64,000 nt of DNA from positions 4,507-68,506 of the IMG/VR virus record IMGVR_UViG_3300045685_000034. The stretch is one strand, 5' to 3'. The notes under the pieces were generated by a model. It searched no databases, was not told the origin of the DNA, and worked only from the letters and a program-made list of their open reading frames with translations. Source of the DNA: a virus. The position numbers and the translations under genes were made by a program. Below, piece by piece: positions 37,041 through 46,330 of the stretch (the stretch's first letter is position 1; every line of letters starts with the position of its first letter).

Positions 37041-37271
37041 ATGAATGCTGATGCTTTAATCTCATTTTTGAGTATTGGAGGCACACTGATAGGTACGTTT
37101 GCAGGTATTGTCGTTTCAAATAAACTAACAATTTATCGAATTGATCAACTAGAAAAAAAGGTTGAAAAACACAATAACCTAGTTGAGAGAACTTATAAAT
37201 TGGAGGGAAGGATGACCGAAGCAGAGCACGATCTTCGTGATATGAAGGGAGGTGGTACAGATGCAAAATAA
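37041..37271 (+). CDS. holin-associated small membrane protein
   Basis: One TM segment plus YRIDQLEKKVEKHN. Confidence 0.75.
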   Translation: MNADALISFLSIGGTLIGTFAGIVVSNKLTIYRIDQLEKKVEKHNNLVERTYKLEGRMTEAEHDLRDMKGGGTDAK

Positions 37272-37467
37272 GACGTTTGAAATTCTGAAATGGGTGGCTT
37301 TGATTGTAATACCAGCTTTGGCAACATTTGTTGGTGTAGTTGGCAAAGCGATTAATTGGGAGTACACAGATATCACAGTGATAATCATCACAGCGATTGG
37401 TACTTTCCTAGGTACAGTGCTTGGTGTCTCTAATCGAACGTTTAAGATGTTTTCATCAGAGGAATAG
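37261..37467 (+). CDS. phage holin
   Basis: [27 protein letters not shown]. Confidence 0.85.
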   Translation: MQNKTFEILKWVALIVIPALATFVGVVGKAINWEYTDITVIIITAIGTFLGTVLGVSNRTFKMFSSEE

Positions 37468-37477
37468 GAGGAATCAA

Positions 37478-38776
37478 ATGAAAAAGAAAATTACTTTGTT
37501 GAGCCTTTTAATGGCTCTTTTTTTGTTGCCTTTTTTCCCGAGTACCGCACAAGCGGCGAAAGGGGATCAGGGTGTAGATTGGGCCGTTTATCAAGGGGCA
37601 CAAGGGAAATTCGGGTATGGCTCGGATAAGTTTTCGATTAGTCAAATCGGTGGATACAATGCTGGTGGTTTGTATAATCAGTGGACGTATTCTAGTCAAG
37701 TAGCTTCGACAATCGCACAGGGCAAACGCGCACACACTTATATTTGGTATGATACGTGGGGAAGCATGAGTATTGCTAAAACTACTTTGGATTATTTCTT
37801 GCCAAAAATTCAAACGCCTAAAGGTTCGATTGTCGCACTGGATTTCGAACATGGTGCAAGCTCTAATAAACAAGCCAATACAGACACCATTTTGTACGGC
37901 ATGCGGCGAATTAAGCAAGCCGGTTACACTCCGATGTATTATTCGTACAAGCCTTTCACACTTCAATATGTGTACTATCAGCAGATTTTGAAGGAGTTCC
38001 CTAACAGTTTGTGGATGGCAGCTTATCCAAATTACAATGTGACACCATCACCAGTTTGGAGCGTGTTTCCGAGCATGGAGGGCGTAGCAATATATCAGTT
38101 TACAAGTACTTATGTTGCTGGTGGACTTGACGGTAATGTTGATTTAACAGGTATCACAGATAACGGATACAACGGAGCCATTAAGGACGATGATGGAAAA
38201 GTTACTGTTAAGCCTGACACAGAAACGCCAGCGATTGATCAAGGTCAGCAAGCGAACGAAACACCTAAAAAAGACATTGAACCAGGCTTCAAAGTAAAAG
38301 TGAATTTCTCTGCTTCTACTTGGTCAACCGGACAAGCAATCCCACAATGGGTGAAAGGTAATAGTTACACTGTTAAGGAGGTCAGCGGAACGAAAGTATT
38401 GCTTGACGGAATCATGAGCTGGATCAATCGCAAGGATGTTGAAATCTTGCAAACAACCACTCAAACGCCAAGCACTACTACATCGACACATATTGTTCGT
38501 TCGGGTGAGACTCTATCAGGTATCGCTTCTAAATATGGGACAACCTATCAAACGCTTGCTAGTCTTAATGGTTTATCCAATCCGAATTACATTTATGTTG
38601 GTCAACAACTGAAAGTTTCGGGAGCGGCTAGTACATCGAGAGTTTATATTGTCATTTCAGGTGATAACTTATCCACGATTGCCCAAAAACTCGGGACGAC
38701 TTATTCAAGTTTGGCTCAAAAGAATGGTATTGCGAATCCAAACCTGATTTATCCAGGGCAACGCTTAGCATACTAA
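37478..38776 (+). CDS. endolysin: signal peptide + GH25 + SH3-like + 2 LysM
   Basis: [25 protein letters not shown]; [13 protein letters not shown] and [13 protein letters not shown]. Confidence 0.93.
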   Translation: MKKKITLLSLLMALFLLPFFPSTAQAAKGDQGVDWAVYQGAQGKFGYGSDKFSISQIGGYNAGGLYNQWTYSSQVASTIAQGKRAHTYIWYDTWGSMSIAKTTLDYFLPKIQTPKGSIVALDFEHGASSNKQANTDTILYGMRRIKQAGYTPMYYSYKPFTLQYVYYQQILKEFPNSLWMAAYPNYNVTPSPVWSVFPSMEGVAIYQFTSTYVAGGLDGNVDLTGITDNGYNGAIKDDDGKVTVKPDTETPAIDQGQQANETPKKDIEPGFKVKVNFSASTWSTGQAIPQWVKGNSYTVKEVSGTKVLLDGIMSWINRKDVEILQTTTQTPSTTTSTHIVRSGETLSGIASKYGTTYQTLASLNGLSNPNYIYVGQQLKVSGAASTSRVYIVISGDNLSTIAQKLGTTYSSLAQKNGIANPNLIYPGQRLAY

Positions 38777-38925
38777 TAAACTAGACTTCAGCTTAATTGG
38801 ATGCTCTGCACAAATGACCCGAAAGGCAACACGGTTGGCGGATACCAAGACTTCACAGAGACACGCGGGTATCACGACTTGTAAAATAATGTTTGCATCT
38901 AATTTTATTTATGAGTTATACTAAC

Positions 38926-39000
38926 TAACGCTGGTGGCTGATACCAGTATTAGAGACATGCTGATCGACCACCCCCATGGTTGGTCAGCTTTTTGTTTTG
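38926..39000 (+). ncRNA. putative small RNA with C-rich terminator loop
   Basis: TTGCAT-18-TATACT promoter; GCTGATCGACCA-CCCCCA-TGGTTGGTCAGC plus T-run. Confidence 0.45.
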
Positions 39001-39046
39001 GAACCTAAATGGTTGATATAAAACCAGTATACGAATACTATCTAAA

Positions 39047-39115
39047 TAGGGATTCCTGATACAGCACCATTGAGAGAGAAACAGGATATGCTGTGGGGAA
39101 GTTCAGGAATCCCTA
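39047..39115 (-). ncRNA. putative CUUCCCCA hairpin sRNA
   Basis: 13-bp IR TAGGGATTCCTGA/TCAGGAATCCCTA; minus-strand TTGTGC-17-TAAAAT promoter. Confidence 0.55.
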
Positions 39116-39160
39116 ATTTATATTTTAACGCTTTGTATGCTTATGCACAAATGCTCATTC

Positions 39161-39234
39161 GTACTCTTAGCTCAGCTGGTGAGAGCAGACGGCTCATAAC
39201 CGTCCGGTCGTAGGTTCGAGTCCTACAGGGTACA
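39161..39234 (+). tRNA. tRNA-CAT, most similar to Ile2 (lysidine) type; CCA not encoded
   Basis: Full cloverleaf; GACGG-CTCATAA-CCGTC arm resembles Firmicutes tRNA-Ile2 from recall; Met identity not excluded. Confidence 0.9.
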
Positions 39235-39240
39235 TAAAAT

Positions 39241-39278
39241 ATACCCTCTACAGCATTAGTTGGTTGTAGAGGGTATAT
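39241..39278. terminator. strong hairpin between tRNA and csbD (possibly bidirectional)
   Basis: ATACCCTCTACA..TGTAGAGGGTAT. Confidence 0.75.
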
Positions 39279-39306
39279 GTTATTCTAATTACTTTTGTAG
39301 ATTCAA

Positions 39307-39501
39307 TTATTTGTCTAATTTTTTCTTGACGTCATCCGTGATATCTTCAACTTTTTCTTTTGCGTCTGCCGCTACTTCTTTTACCTTACCAACAGCTTGA
39401 TCAAGTAGGCCTTCCGCTTTCTTTTTGTTGTCACCAGTTACTTTTCCTGTGGTTTCTTTCGCTTTACCCTTAGCTTTGTCCGTAAAACCTTTGTCTGTCA
39501 T
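39307..39501 (-). CDS. csbD: CsbD-family stress protein
   Basis: DKAKGKAKETTGKVTGDNKKKAEGLLDQAVGKVKE. Confidence 0.9.
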   Translation of the reverse strand: MTDKGFTDKAKGKAKETTGKVTGDNKKKAEGLLDQAVGKVKEVAADAKEKVEDITDDVKKKLDK

Positions 39502-39685
39502 AATAAAGCCCTCCTTTTATTTCTAATCATATTATAGTAGTAGTTCAAAAGTTAAAGCAAATCATATACATTTAAGGTTAAAAATAATAAATATCTAAGC
39601 AAGCAAGGGCGTTTATTTTTATATCAATAAGTTAGAAAATAAGAAGAGACCGCTTGCAAAAATCCAAGCGCAGAGGTATAAATAT

Positions 39686-39772
39686 AGATAAGGTTTTCGT
39701 TAAACCTTACTTCTTTCATAACTAAGTTTCATCTTGATCGGCAACCAGTCGTGTGCGGGCTGGTTGTTTCTT
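39686..39772 (+). ncRNA. putative small RNA
   Basis: TTGCAA-17-TATAAA promoter; 5' hairpin TAAGGTTT/AAACCTTA; CAACCAGTC/GGCTGGTTG terminator. Confidence 0.5.
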
Positions 39773-39862
39773 TGTGTAGTGTATCACTTTGTCATGAGTG
39801 TATCATTTGCAAAGTAAATGTTTTATGGGTAAGTTAATTTTAATGGGAAGTCACTCGCCCAT

Positions 39863-39930
39863 AAAAAAAGGAACGCCAGATACAGTTACTTGGGGAAGTG
39901 GACTGTGGGGAAGATCTGACGTTCTATTTC
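39863..39930 (-). ncRNA. putative CUUCCCCA hairpin sRNA (two motifs)
   Basis: GAACG.CAGAT/ATCTG.CGTTC stem; TGGGGAAG x2; extended -10 TGT-TACAAT; minus-strand T-run. Confidence 0.55.
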
Positions 39931-39971
39931 TTTATTGTAACACGTTTAAAAAATAATAATACTCATTTAAA

Positions 39972-40043
39972 GTACCCTTAGTTCAATTGGTAGAATACTC
40001 CGGTTCATATCGGAAGATGCGGGTTCGAGGCCTGCGGGGTACA
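39972..40043 (+). pseudogene. degenerate tRNA-CAT paralog (6-nt anticodon loop)
   Basis: GTACCCT/GGGGTAC acceptor, GTTC/GAAT D-stem, TCCGG-TTCATA-TCGGA, GCGGG-TTCGAGG-CCTGC. Confidence 0.7.
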
Positions 40044-40086
40044 TAAAAAGTACATCCTCTTTTAGAGAAGGTACGCGAAAAGATAA

Positions 40087-40836
40087 TTAAATATTTTCCA
40101 GCCACTTTATCTTTTCGGCTGTTAACCAGCTACTAATACATGTAGTATTGTTTTCATACATTTTATAAGTAGTTTGTCGTTGTTTTTCACTGTCATATCC
40201 GGCGTGACTACTTGGTAAAAAAAGATGGTAGAAATCAATAAATAGCATATGAAAAAAATGTTTGTTTTCTTTTTTCTCCCAAAATGATAGTACTCGAATC
40301 TTACCTTTTTCATTTGTAGATTCAACAGTAGCTTTTACTATAAATTCATTCTCTAAAGCCATTGTGAGCTCGCCATTTTCATTTTCAAATAGTGAATCAT
40401 ATTTCTCTAAAACCTTTTTCATATGATCTCTATACTTACCAGAATATCTGATTTTTTGAGCCACTTTTCTATCATAATTTTTTGAAATACATTCACTGTT
40501 TTCTGCTATTCGATTTATTTGATTTTTTGTATCATTATCTATCAATATTCTTTCTGGAAGAAAATTAGTGAAAAGTTCTTCTTTAAAATTTATTGAAGGA
40601 ACTATTTTGTTTTTATACAAATCACAATGGAATTCAGGCTCTTCTTGATAAGAAACCTTTTTTGTAGACAACTCGGTATGCGTAGTTTTTGAAACCGAAG
40701 AGGATTCATTTTCAAGAACCTTTTCTGAGGTAGAAGAAGAGAGTACCTCATTAGTTTTTGAAGTACTCCCATAATTGATAGCTTTTCTTACAGATTGGAC
40801 TTTATTTGCAGAAAGCAAATCTTTGATAGATGCCAT
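40087..40836 (-). CDS. candidate toxin partner of the Panacea protein
   Basis: Stop/start overlap with Panacea gene; Ser-rich N-terminus; C-terminus KIRVLSFW..FHMLFIDFYHLFLP. Confidence 0.6.
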   Translation of the reverse strand: MASIKDLLSANKVQSVRKAINYGSTSKTNEVLSSSTSEKVLENESSSVSKTTHTELSTKKVSYQEEPEFHCDLYKNKIVPSINFKEELFTNFLPERILIDNDTKNQINRIAENSECISKNYDRKVAQKIRYSGKYRDHMKKVLEKYDSLFENENGELTMALENEFIVKATVESTNEKGKIRVLSFWEKKENKHFFHMLFIDFYHLFLPSSHAGYDSEKQRQTTYKMYENNTTCISSWLTAEKIKWLENI

Positions 40837-41372
40837 TAGCCGTTTACCTCTGCAAGAAGAACTTTATATTCGTCAATCAATTCCTCTTGGTCGATTGTAT
40901 TACTTGCATGAGGAATAGATGGATCGAATTTTGTTTTCCAAGCATTATCCTGATGAGTGCGATCGACTAATGCGAAATCACTCATATCTGATAAATCAGA
41001 AACTATACCATCCAAAAATTCAATTACATCTTTTTCATCTCTGTGTTTAAACTTATCAGGTACACTATCGGGGATAGAGTCATACTTTCCTGCTTTATTA
41101 TCAAAGTAAACTTCACGTATCACTGGACCATATGCCCAAGCCTCAATAGAATTTTTAAATAAAAATCTAGGATATGGTGATTCAATCTCTGAAAAACCTT
41201 CCGCATTTTGCATTGATCCGTATGTTGCACCATAAAATGCAAAAAGAAAATACAAAGTTTTTTGAAGTCTTAGAGCGCCCATTTCAGGATTTAAATGCTT
41301 TAAATGTGAGATAAGATCGTTAATATCTTCAAAAAAATAATCTCTTTTATTCATTTTTCCCACCTTCCACAT
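40836..41372 (-). CDS. Panacea-domain (DUF4065/SocA/GepA-like) antitoxin
   Basis: LRLQKTLYFLFAFY, IEAWAYGPVIREVY, LVDRTHQDNAW. Confidence 0.88.
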   Translation of the reverse strand: MWKVGKMNKRDYFFEDINDLISHLKHLNPEMGALRLQKTLYFLFAFYGATYGSMQNAEGFSEIESPYPRFLFKNSIEAWAYGPVIREVYFDNKAGKYDSIPDSVPDKFKHRDEKDVIEFLDGIVSDLSDMSDFALVDRTHQDNAWKTKFDPSIPHASNTIDQEELIDEYKVLLAEVNG

Positions 41373-41781
41373 ATTCTCTGTTATTCTTTAACCTAGTATA
41401 TCCTGAATGAGAGTACTAGTAAACAGATTGATAGATATTTAATACTATTAATAGATTTCCCATCTTTTTTATACAACTATTTTATTTCCGTCCATTTTAA
41501 ATCCAAAAACAGGTATTGATTCAGAACCTCCCCAAATTTTTAAAGATCGTGGTTTGTTGTTCATTAGTGCGATGTAGAAATCTTTCATAGATAGTGCAGG
41601 TTTCTTATTTTCCCTGAACAAAACTAGATTGCTTTCTTTATCAATTTTACAGTAGTGAAAGGAAGAAGATTGCCATTGTACATAGAATAAATTCCCTCAT
41701 AATTATTATCAAAAACATTCGTTGATAATGCTGTTAACAAATCGCTTGCTCTCATTCAAAACAGCTCCTTTCAAAATACAG

Positions 41782-42003
41782 TTAGTCAATAAACCATTCA
41801 GTGTCATCATTTATGCTTGTAGCATAATTTCGAATGTAGAAGTCATAATCGATAAATTTATTTGCTCTGCAACAATAGAAAGCAAAACATTTTTCTCCGA
41901 CTTCATTGATAGCATTTGGACCGAAATCCCAGAGAACTTTTTCGAGTTCTGAGAACGGAATATATCCTTGTTCATACTGCAAAATTAAGTTCATTTCATT
42001 CAC
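41782..42003 (-). CDS. hypothetical protein
   Basis: Follows SRAP with RBS GGAGTG. Confidence 0.55.
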   Translation of the reverse strand: MNEMNLILQYEQGYIPFSELEKVLWDFGPNAINEVGEKCFAFYCCRANKFIDYDFYIRNYATSINDDTEWFID

Positions 42004-42008
42004 TCCAA

Positions 42009-42608
42009 TTATGCAGATTTAACTTTTAAGTTTTCGAATTTATCCATATCACGCTTTAGGTATTCTCTAGCAAAATCTAAATCAAGTACCCATTTATCTA
42101 TATCGCTTTTTTCAATGATTAAGGGCATGCGATCATGAATGGGGGAGACTGCAGCATTCGGCTCAGTTGTCATAATTATTGATTCTGCAACATTCTCATG
42201 AATGCGGTAAAAACCGGCAACGTAGATAACTTCGTTATTACCAGTGAAGAGAAATTTCTTTTTGTCAGAATCCCATTCATAGAAACCGTTCATCGGAAAG
42301 ACAATGCGACGTTCACGGAAATGCTTGCTAAATGTTTTCTTCTCTTCGACTGATTCCGATCGAGCATTGATAAAGAGTTGTCCTTTTTTAAAGCCCTCAA
42401 ATCCCCATTTAGTAATCCCTGGTACAACCTCATTATTTTTATTAGCACCTAGAGTCAAAACGTTGTTAGAAGGGAATACTTCGCCTGTAGCAATTTCCCG
42501 CTCTTTATACTTTTTTTGCTTCTTCGCCACGTCAGCGATAATCTGCCAGTATTCATCCAATTCGCCTGTGAGCGGATCAAAAAGATATCGTCCACACATT
42601 TTAATCAT
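42009..42608 (-). CDS. SOS response-associated peptidase (SRAP/DUF159)
   Basis: MCGRY, INARSESV, GFYEW, IHDRMPLII. Confidence 0.95.
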   Translation of the reverse strand: MIKMCGRYLFDPLTGELDEYWQIIADVAKKQKKYKEREIATGEVFPSNNVLTLGANKNNEVVPGITKWGFEGFKKGQLFINARSESVEEKKTFSKHFRERRIVFPMNGFYEWDSDKKKFLFTGNNEVIYVAGFYRIHENVAESIIMTTEPNAAVSPIHDRMPLIIEKSDIDKWVLDLDFAREYLKRDMDKFENLKVKSA

Positions 42609-42922
42609 TCCTTTCGTAGAAGTCCACGTTTTTCTAAGTCCATTCCTTTGTACGAGTAAACCTTTATTCTTGAATTTTCGCTGATAGGTCGAACATCAAA
42701 ATAAAAAGTATGATCCTGACCATCTACACATCTATATCCAATAATTCGAAAACTTGTCATTTGTCTTTTATGCATCAAGTATAACAGTTCGTCTTGCAAA
42801 GCAAAAAGCGGAACGTCTGTGATGACATAGTTCATAAAATCTTTGGTAAATCTTTCACTGTTTTCGGTGTGATAGTCGAACTCTAAGTCATCTGTATTCA
42901 GCATTAGGAAATACAACTCCAT
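42605..42922 (-). CDS. DUF5960-like protein
   Basis: LEFDYHTENSERFTKDF; usual neighbour in umuC cassettes. Confidence 0.6.
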   Translation of the reverse strand: MELYFLMLNTDDLEFDYHTENSERFTKDFMNYVITDVPLFALQDELLYLMHKRQMTSFRIIGYRCVDGQDHTFYFDVRPISENSRIKVYSYKGMDLEKRGLLRKE

Positions 42923-43308
42923 TTCGCTTGATCAGCAATCTGTATATTATTGATCGCATCAATCGCTACCAGTTGTACACCAAGATCAACATTAGAAACA
43001 TAGAGTGTATTACCATTATGACCTTCGACAACTCCAACTACATCTTCAAAAGCAGAACCTTCACCATTTAGCTCGGCAGTTTGAATAACCACTTGACTAT
43101 GATTCTTAAACGCAGTATCAAGAACTGCACCAATTTCAAAATCGCTCATCGGTTCCTTACGATGCCGAACTTTATTTCTTACTGTATTATCTTTTTCCAT
43201 TTCTGATGTATGCTCGCTTAGATAGAATCCCATCCACTTGGCCATACCGCGATCATCATAACCACGCACATAAGGGTCAGGATGATAACTCATAAACGCT
43301 TCGCCCAT
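42904..43308 (-). CDS. YolD-like UmuC accessory protein
   Basis: YDDRGMAKWMGFYLSEH. Confidence 0.75.
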   Translation of the reverse strand: MGEAFMSYHPDPYVRGYDDRGMAKWMGFYLSEHTSEMEKDNTVRNKVRHRKEPMSDFEIGAVLDTAFKNHSQVVIQTAELNGEGSAFEDVVGVVEGHNGNTLYVSNVDLGVQLVAIDAINNIQIADQAKWSCIS

Positions 43309-43329
43309 ACTAAATCATCCTCTCAAATT

Positions 43330-44681
43330 TTAAAGTCCATCCAAACCGCCAGCACCACCGTTGTGACCTCCTACCAAACCTGCACGTTTGATACTCCGGC
43401 CAGATTCTAGTGTTGAACTCGCACGAACAATGCTGACAAACCCGTACTTTTCTCTAATTAAATCCATAGCTTTATCAATTTTAACTCGTTTTTCCTGGTC
43501 AGTCGGATCTTCGAAAAGGTTTAGTTGATCACCACTTTCGTAAACCAAATCAGAATAAGTGACTCCGATGTGCCTCATGAAGCTACGGCCGTCATAAAAT
43601 TTATTAAATAGAAACAATAAATGCTCTGCTAATAGTTTAGTGTCGTCTGTGGCAGAAACTTTAGTCTGTCTACTAAATCCCTTTTTTCCTTCGTCCTTGC
43701 TGTAACCGATGAAAAGATGAACGGTAGTTGTTTTAGCACCTCGCCGCCGTAATCGGATCGCGACTTGCTCCGCCATTTCTCGTATGAGAAGTGGCATCTC
43801 ATAACCAGCGTAATCGCGAGGGAGTACTTGGCTATTGCCGATATTGCGTCCCTTCGGAACATACGGCTTTTGCAGCCTTGATCGGTCGATCCCGTTGGCA
43901 TGATGATAGAGCTGCAAACCCATAATTCCAAATTTTCTATGTAATCGTTCGGGAGATGCATGGGCTAAATCTTTTATAGACTTAATATTCATGAATTCCA
44001 AATTACGTTTCATACGACTTCCGATTCCCCAAAAATCGTCTAACTCTGGTATTGACCATACTTTAGTCGGTACGTCTTCATAATTCCACAGCGCACGCAT
44101 GTTGTGATTATGTTTTGCTTCATTATCGAGAGCGAGTTTCGCGAGCAGGGGATTGCTGTTTGACATACCGACTGTTGAAAAAATACCAGTTGCTCGTAGA
44201 ATATCTTGCTGGATGCGCTGCGAAACGATATCCAGTTTTTGCGCACGACTTAGGTTTTTATCAGGTACAAAATAGTTAAGAGAGGCAGTCAAATCGACTA
44301 CGCCTTCGTCGATGCTGTACCACATAATGTCTTCGTCAGCAGCATATTTGCGTACAACATTTTGGATTTTCAGATTTTCTTGAATGTAATATCGCATCCT
44401 TGGCGGTGCTACGATCAAATCTCTGACTCGAGGATTCTCCTGCTCGGTTGGGAGATCCCATTTGCGCGCAACATTTCTAACGCCTAGGATTTTTTTTGCC
44501 ATTGGGCTGCTTGCTAGTATTAAGCCCGACGTGTTGTCAGCCGTGCTCATGACAATCAACAAATCACGCAGCGGATGTAATCCACGAGACACTAGCTCGC
44601 AGCTTGCGTAAAAGACTTCATATCAATGAAAGCGTAGTCTCGGTGCGGTTCTAGCTCATATCTGAAATTAACATCATCCAT
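43330..44681 (-). pseudogene. umuC: UmuC-like Y-family DNA polymerase with 1-bp frameshift in motif I
   Basis: Start 44681 reads DYAFIDMKSF then goes out of frame; adding one T at 44610-44613 restores KSFYASCELVSRG; SIDEG intact. Confidence 0.88.
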
Positions 44682-44702
44682 AATAATTCACCTCTCGTTC
44701 AC

Positions 44703-44722
44703 ATTATACGAACAGGCGTTCG
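44703..44722 (-). promoter_or_regulatory. LexA (SOS/Cheo) box abutting the -10 of the umuC promoter
   Basis: CGAAC-AGGC-GTTCG at 44709-44722; minus-strand TATAAT at 44703-44708. Confidence 0.9.
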
Positions 44723-44880
44723 TTTTTGTAAAGCGAACAAACTTTTAAGATTGATATCAAAAGATGTAATTTACTTCTATTTTGACTCTGTCTTGAAGTG
44801 TATAAAAGATTTGAAAGTGCAATAAATTAATGGTCGGATTATTAATTGTAAAGCCCTGTGCATCCTATTGAGGTATAAAT

Positions 44881-45072
44881 TTTTCCACACAAATTTCCAC
44901 AGATTTGTGGGATTATTTATTCATCTTAGATTTAAAGAAATTATGAAAGCTGATTTCATACGGTTTTAATGGTGTTTTTGTTTCTTAGATTTGTATAGGA
45001 TTTCAGATGGGGAGTGGCAACTTGCTTATATATCAACGGTTAAAATCTTGTTTACCACAAATTTACCACAAT
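44881..45072. other. attP-like junction between tandem prophages
   Basis: Paired arm-type repeats TTTCCACA x2 (44882, 44894) and TTTACCACA x2 (45051, 45062); core not resolved. Confidence 0.6.
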
Positions 45073-46221
45073 TTACAAATTATCAATCAACTTCCCCATC
45101 ATATCCGCCGTTTCTTTTTCTTCTTCTTTCAGTACGTCACTGTACACATCTAAAGTAATATTTATATTTTTATGTCCTAAGCGATTAGATACATATTTGA
45201 TATTTGCTCCAGCTTCGATCAAGAAAGTCGCATGAGTATGCCTAAGTCCGTGCACTGTTATATTTGGAACCTTTGCTTCATCACATAACAATCTAAACAT
45301 ATACGTGATTTTAGATTGTTGAATTGGTAGATTTCGAGAACTCAAAATAAAGTAGTCTTCGTCTTTTAGAATTTTTCCTTTTTTAAAAAGCCGTTCTTTT
45401 TCATAAGACTTATATTTTTTGACTAATGCGAGTAGTGAATCATCAAAGTAAACTTTACGAATACTTGTTTTTGTTTTTGGTTTATTCTCACCATAATCTC
45501 CTCGTGTGGAATTGATGTCAAAATATTTCTCAGCTAATTCAATATCTCTCCATCGAAGCCCCATCAGTTCACCTTTTCTCATTCCAGTTTTTAATAGCGT
45601 GAAAAAAATAATTTGGGTTCGGATATTTTTGCCCTCTAAAACCGCTATAAATTTTTGTAGTTCGTCTTTTGTAAACGAACGAACACTATTGCTTGAATCG
45701 AATTTGAAGCCTGTGAGGGTGTTGCTAGGAAGTATTTGATTATTCACAGCAGCATTGATCATTCTCATAACAATTTTATGCCATGTTTGGATAGTAGAAT
45801 CTTTATATTTATTTTCCTGCCGCAGTTTATCAATGAAATTCCGCTTATAAGTGATCTTGTTTAATGATGATAGCTTTTGATTACCAATTAATGGGGAAAT
45901 ATGGTATTTGATAGCAGATTCAATATTTTGTTTCGTCGAGATACTCCAAGCGTCTTGTGCGTAAGGTATCCAAACCTTAATCCATTCATCTATGGTGATG
46001 TTCTTATTTTCAATAAAAGAAGTATTCTGTGTTTCCAACTCATATTGAATTTTAAGAAGAGCTTTATTTGCAGCTCGATCACTATCAAAACCACGCTTAC
46101 TGGCTTCTTTCCGCTGTCCCAGTGAATTGTAAAAGGGAAATCGGTATCCCCAAAAATCACCATTTTTATTTGAATAAGAAAAAACATGCTTGTATTTTTT
46201 TGACCAATTCAGTTTCGCCAT
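45073..46221 (-). CDS. int: tyrosine integrase of prophage 2
   Basis: N-terminal arm-binding segment; TGMRKGE, HGLRHTHAT, LGH, VYS. Confidence 0.96.
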   Translation of the reverse strand: MAKLNWSKKYKHVFSYSNKNGDFWGYRFPFYNSLGQRKEASKRGFDSDRAANKALLKIQYELETQNTSFIENKNITIDEWIKVWIPYAQDAWSISTKQNIESAIKYHISPLIGNQKLSSLNKITYKRNFIDKLRQENKYKDSTIQTWHKIVMRMINAAVNNQILPSNTLTGFKFDSSNSVRSFTKDELQKFIAVLEGKNIRTQIIFFTLLKTGMRKGELMGLRWRDIELAEKYFDINSTRGDYGENKPKTKTSIRKVYFDDSLLALVKKYKSYEKERLFKKGKILKDEDYFILSSRNLPIQQSKITYMFRLLCDEAKVPNITVHGLRHTHATFLIEAGANIKYVSNRLGHKNINITLDVYSDVLKEEEKETADMMGKLIDNL

Positions 46222-46330
46222 ATTTCCACGTCCTTTTACTTGTGTTAAAATAGGCACTGTTGATAAGCCTATAGATTGGTTCTGTTAACATGACACGATC
46301 TGACTCTTAGCGGGGACGGGTCGTGTTTTG

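Larger units (their letters stand above)
1..44900 (+). mobile_element. Prophage 1 (temperate siphovirus-type; left end outside window)
   Basis: Ordered early, packaging, head, tail and lysis modules followed by accessory genes up to the att-like junction; right boundary approximate. Confidence 0.93.

Noticed and set aside
38800-38880. Riboswitch or hammerhead ribozyme
   Set aside because: No CUGAnGA/GAAA hammerhead core and no c-di-GMP consensus recognised
41405-41710. Minus-strand ORF ending ...GFKMDGNKIVV
   Set aside because: No convincing start or RBS for the long frame; possible remnant, not called
44930-45040. Exact att core sequence
   Set aside because: The other att ends lie outside the window, so the core cannot be defined
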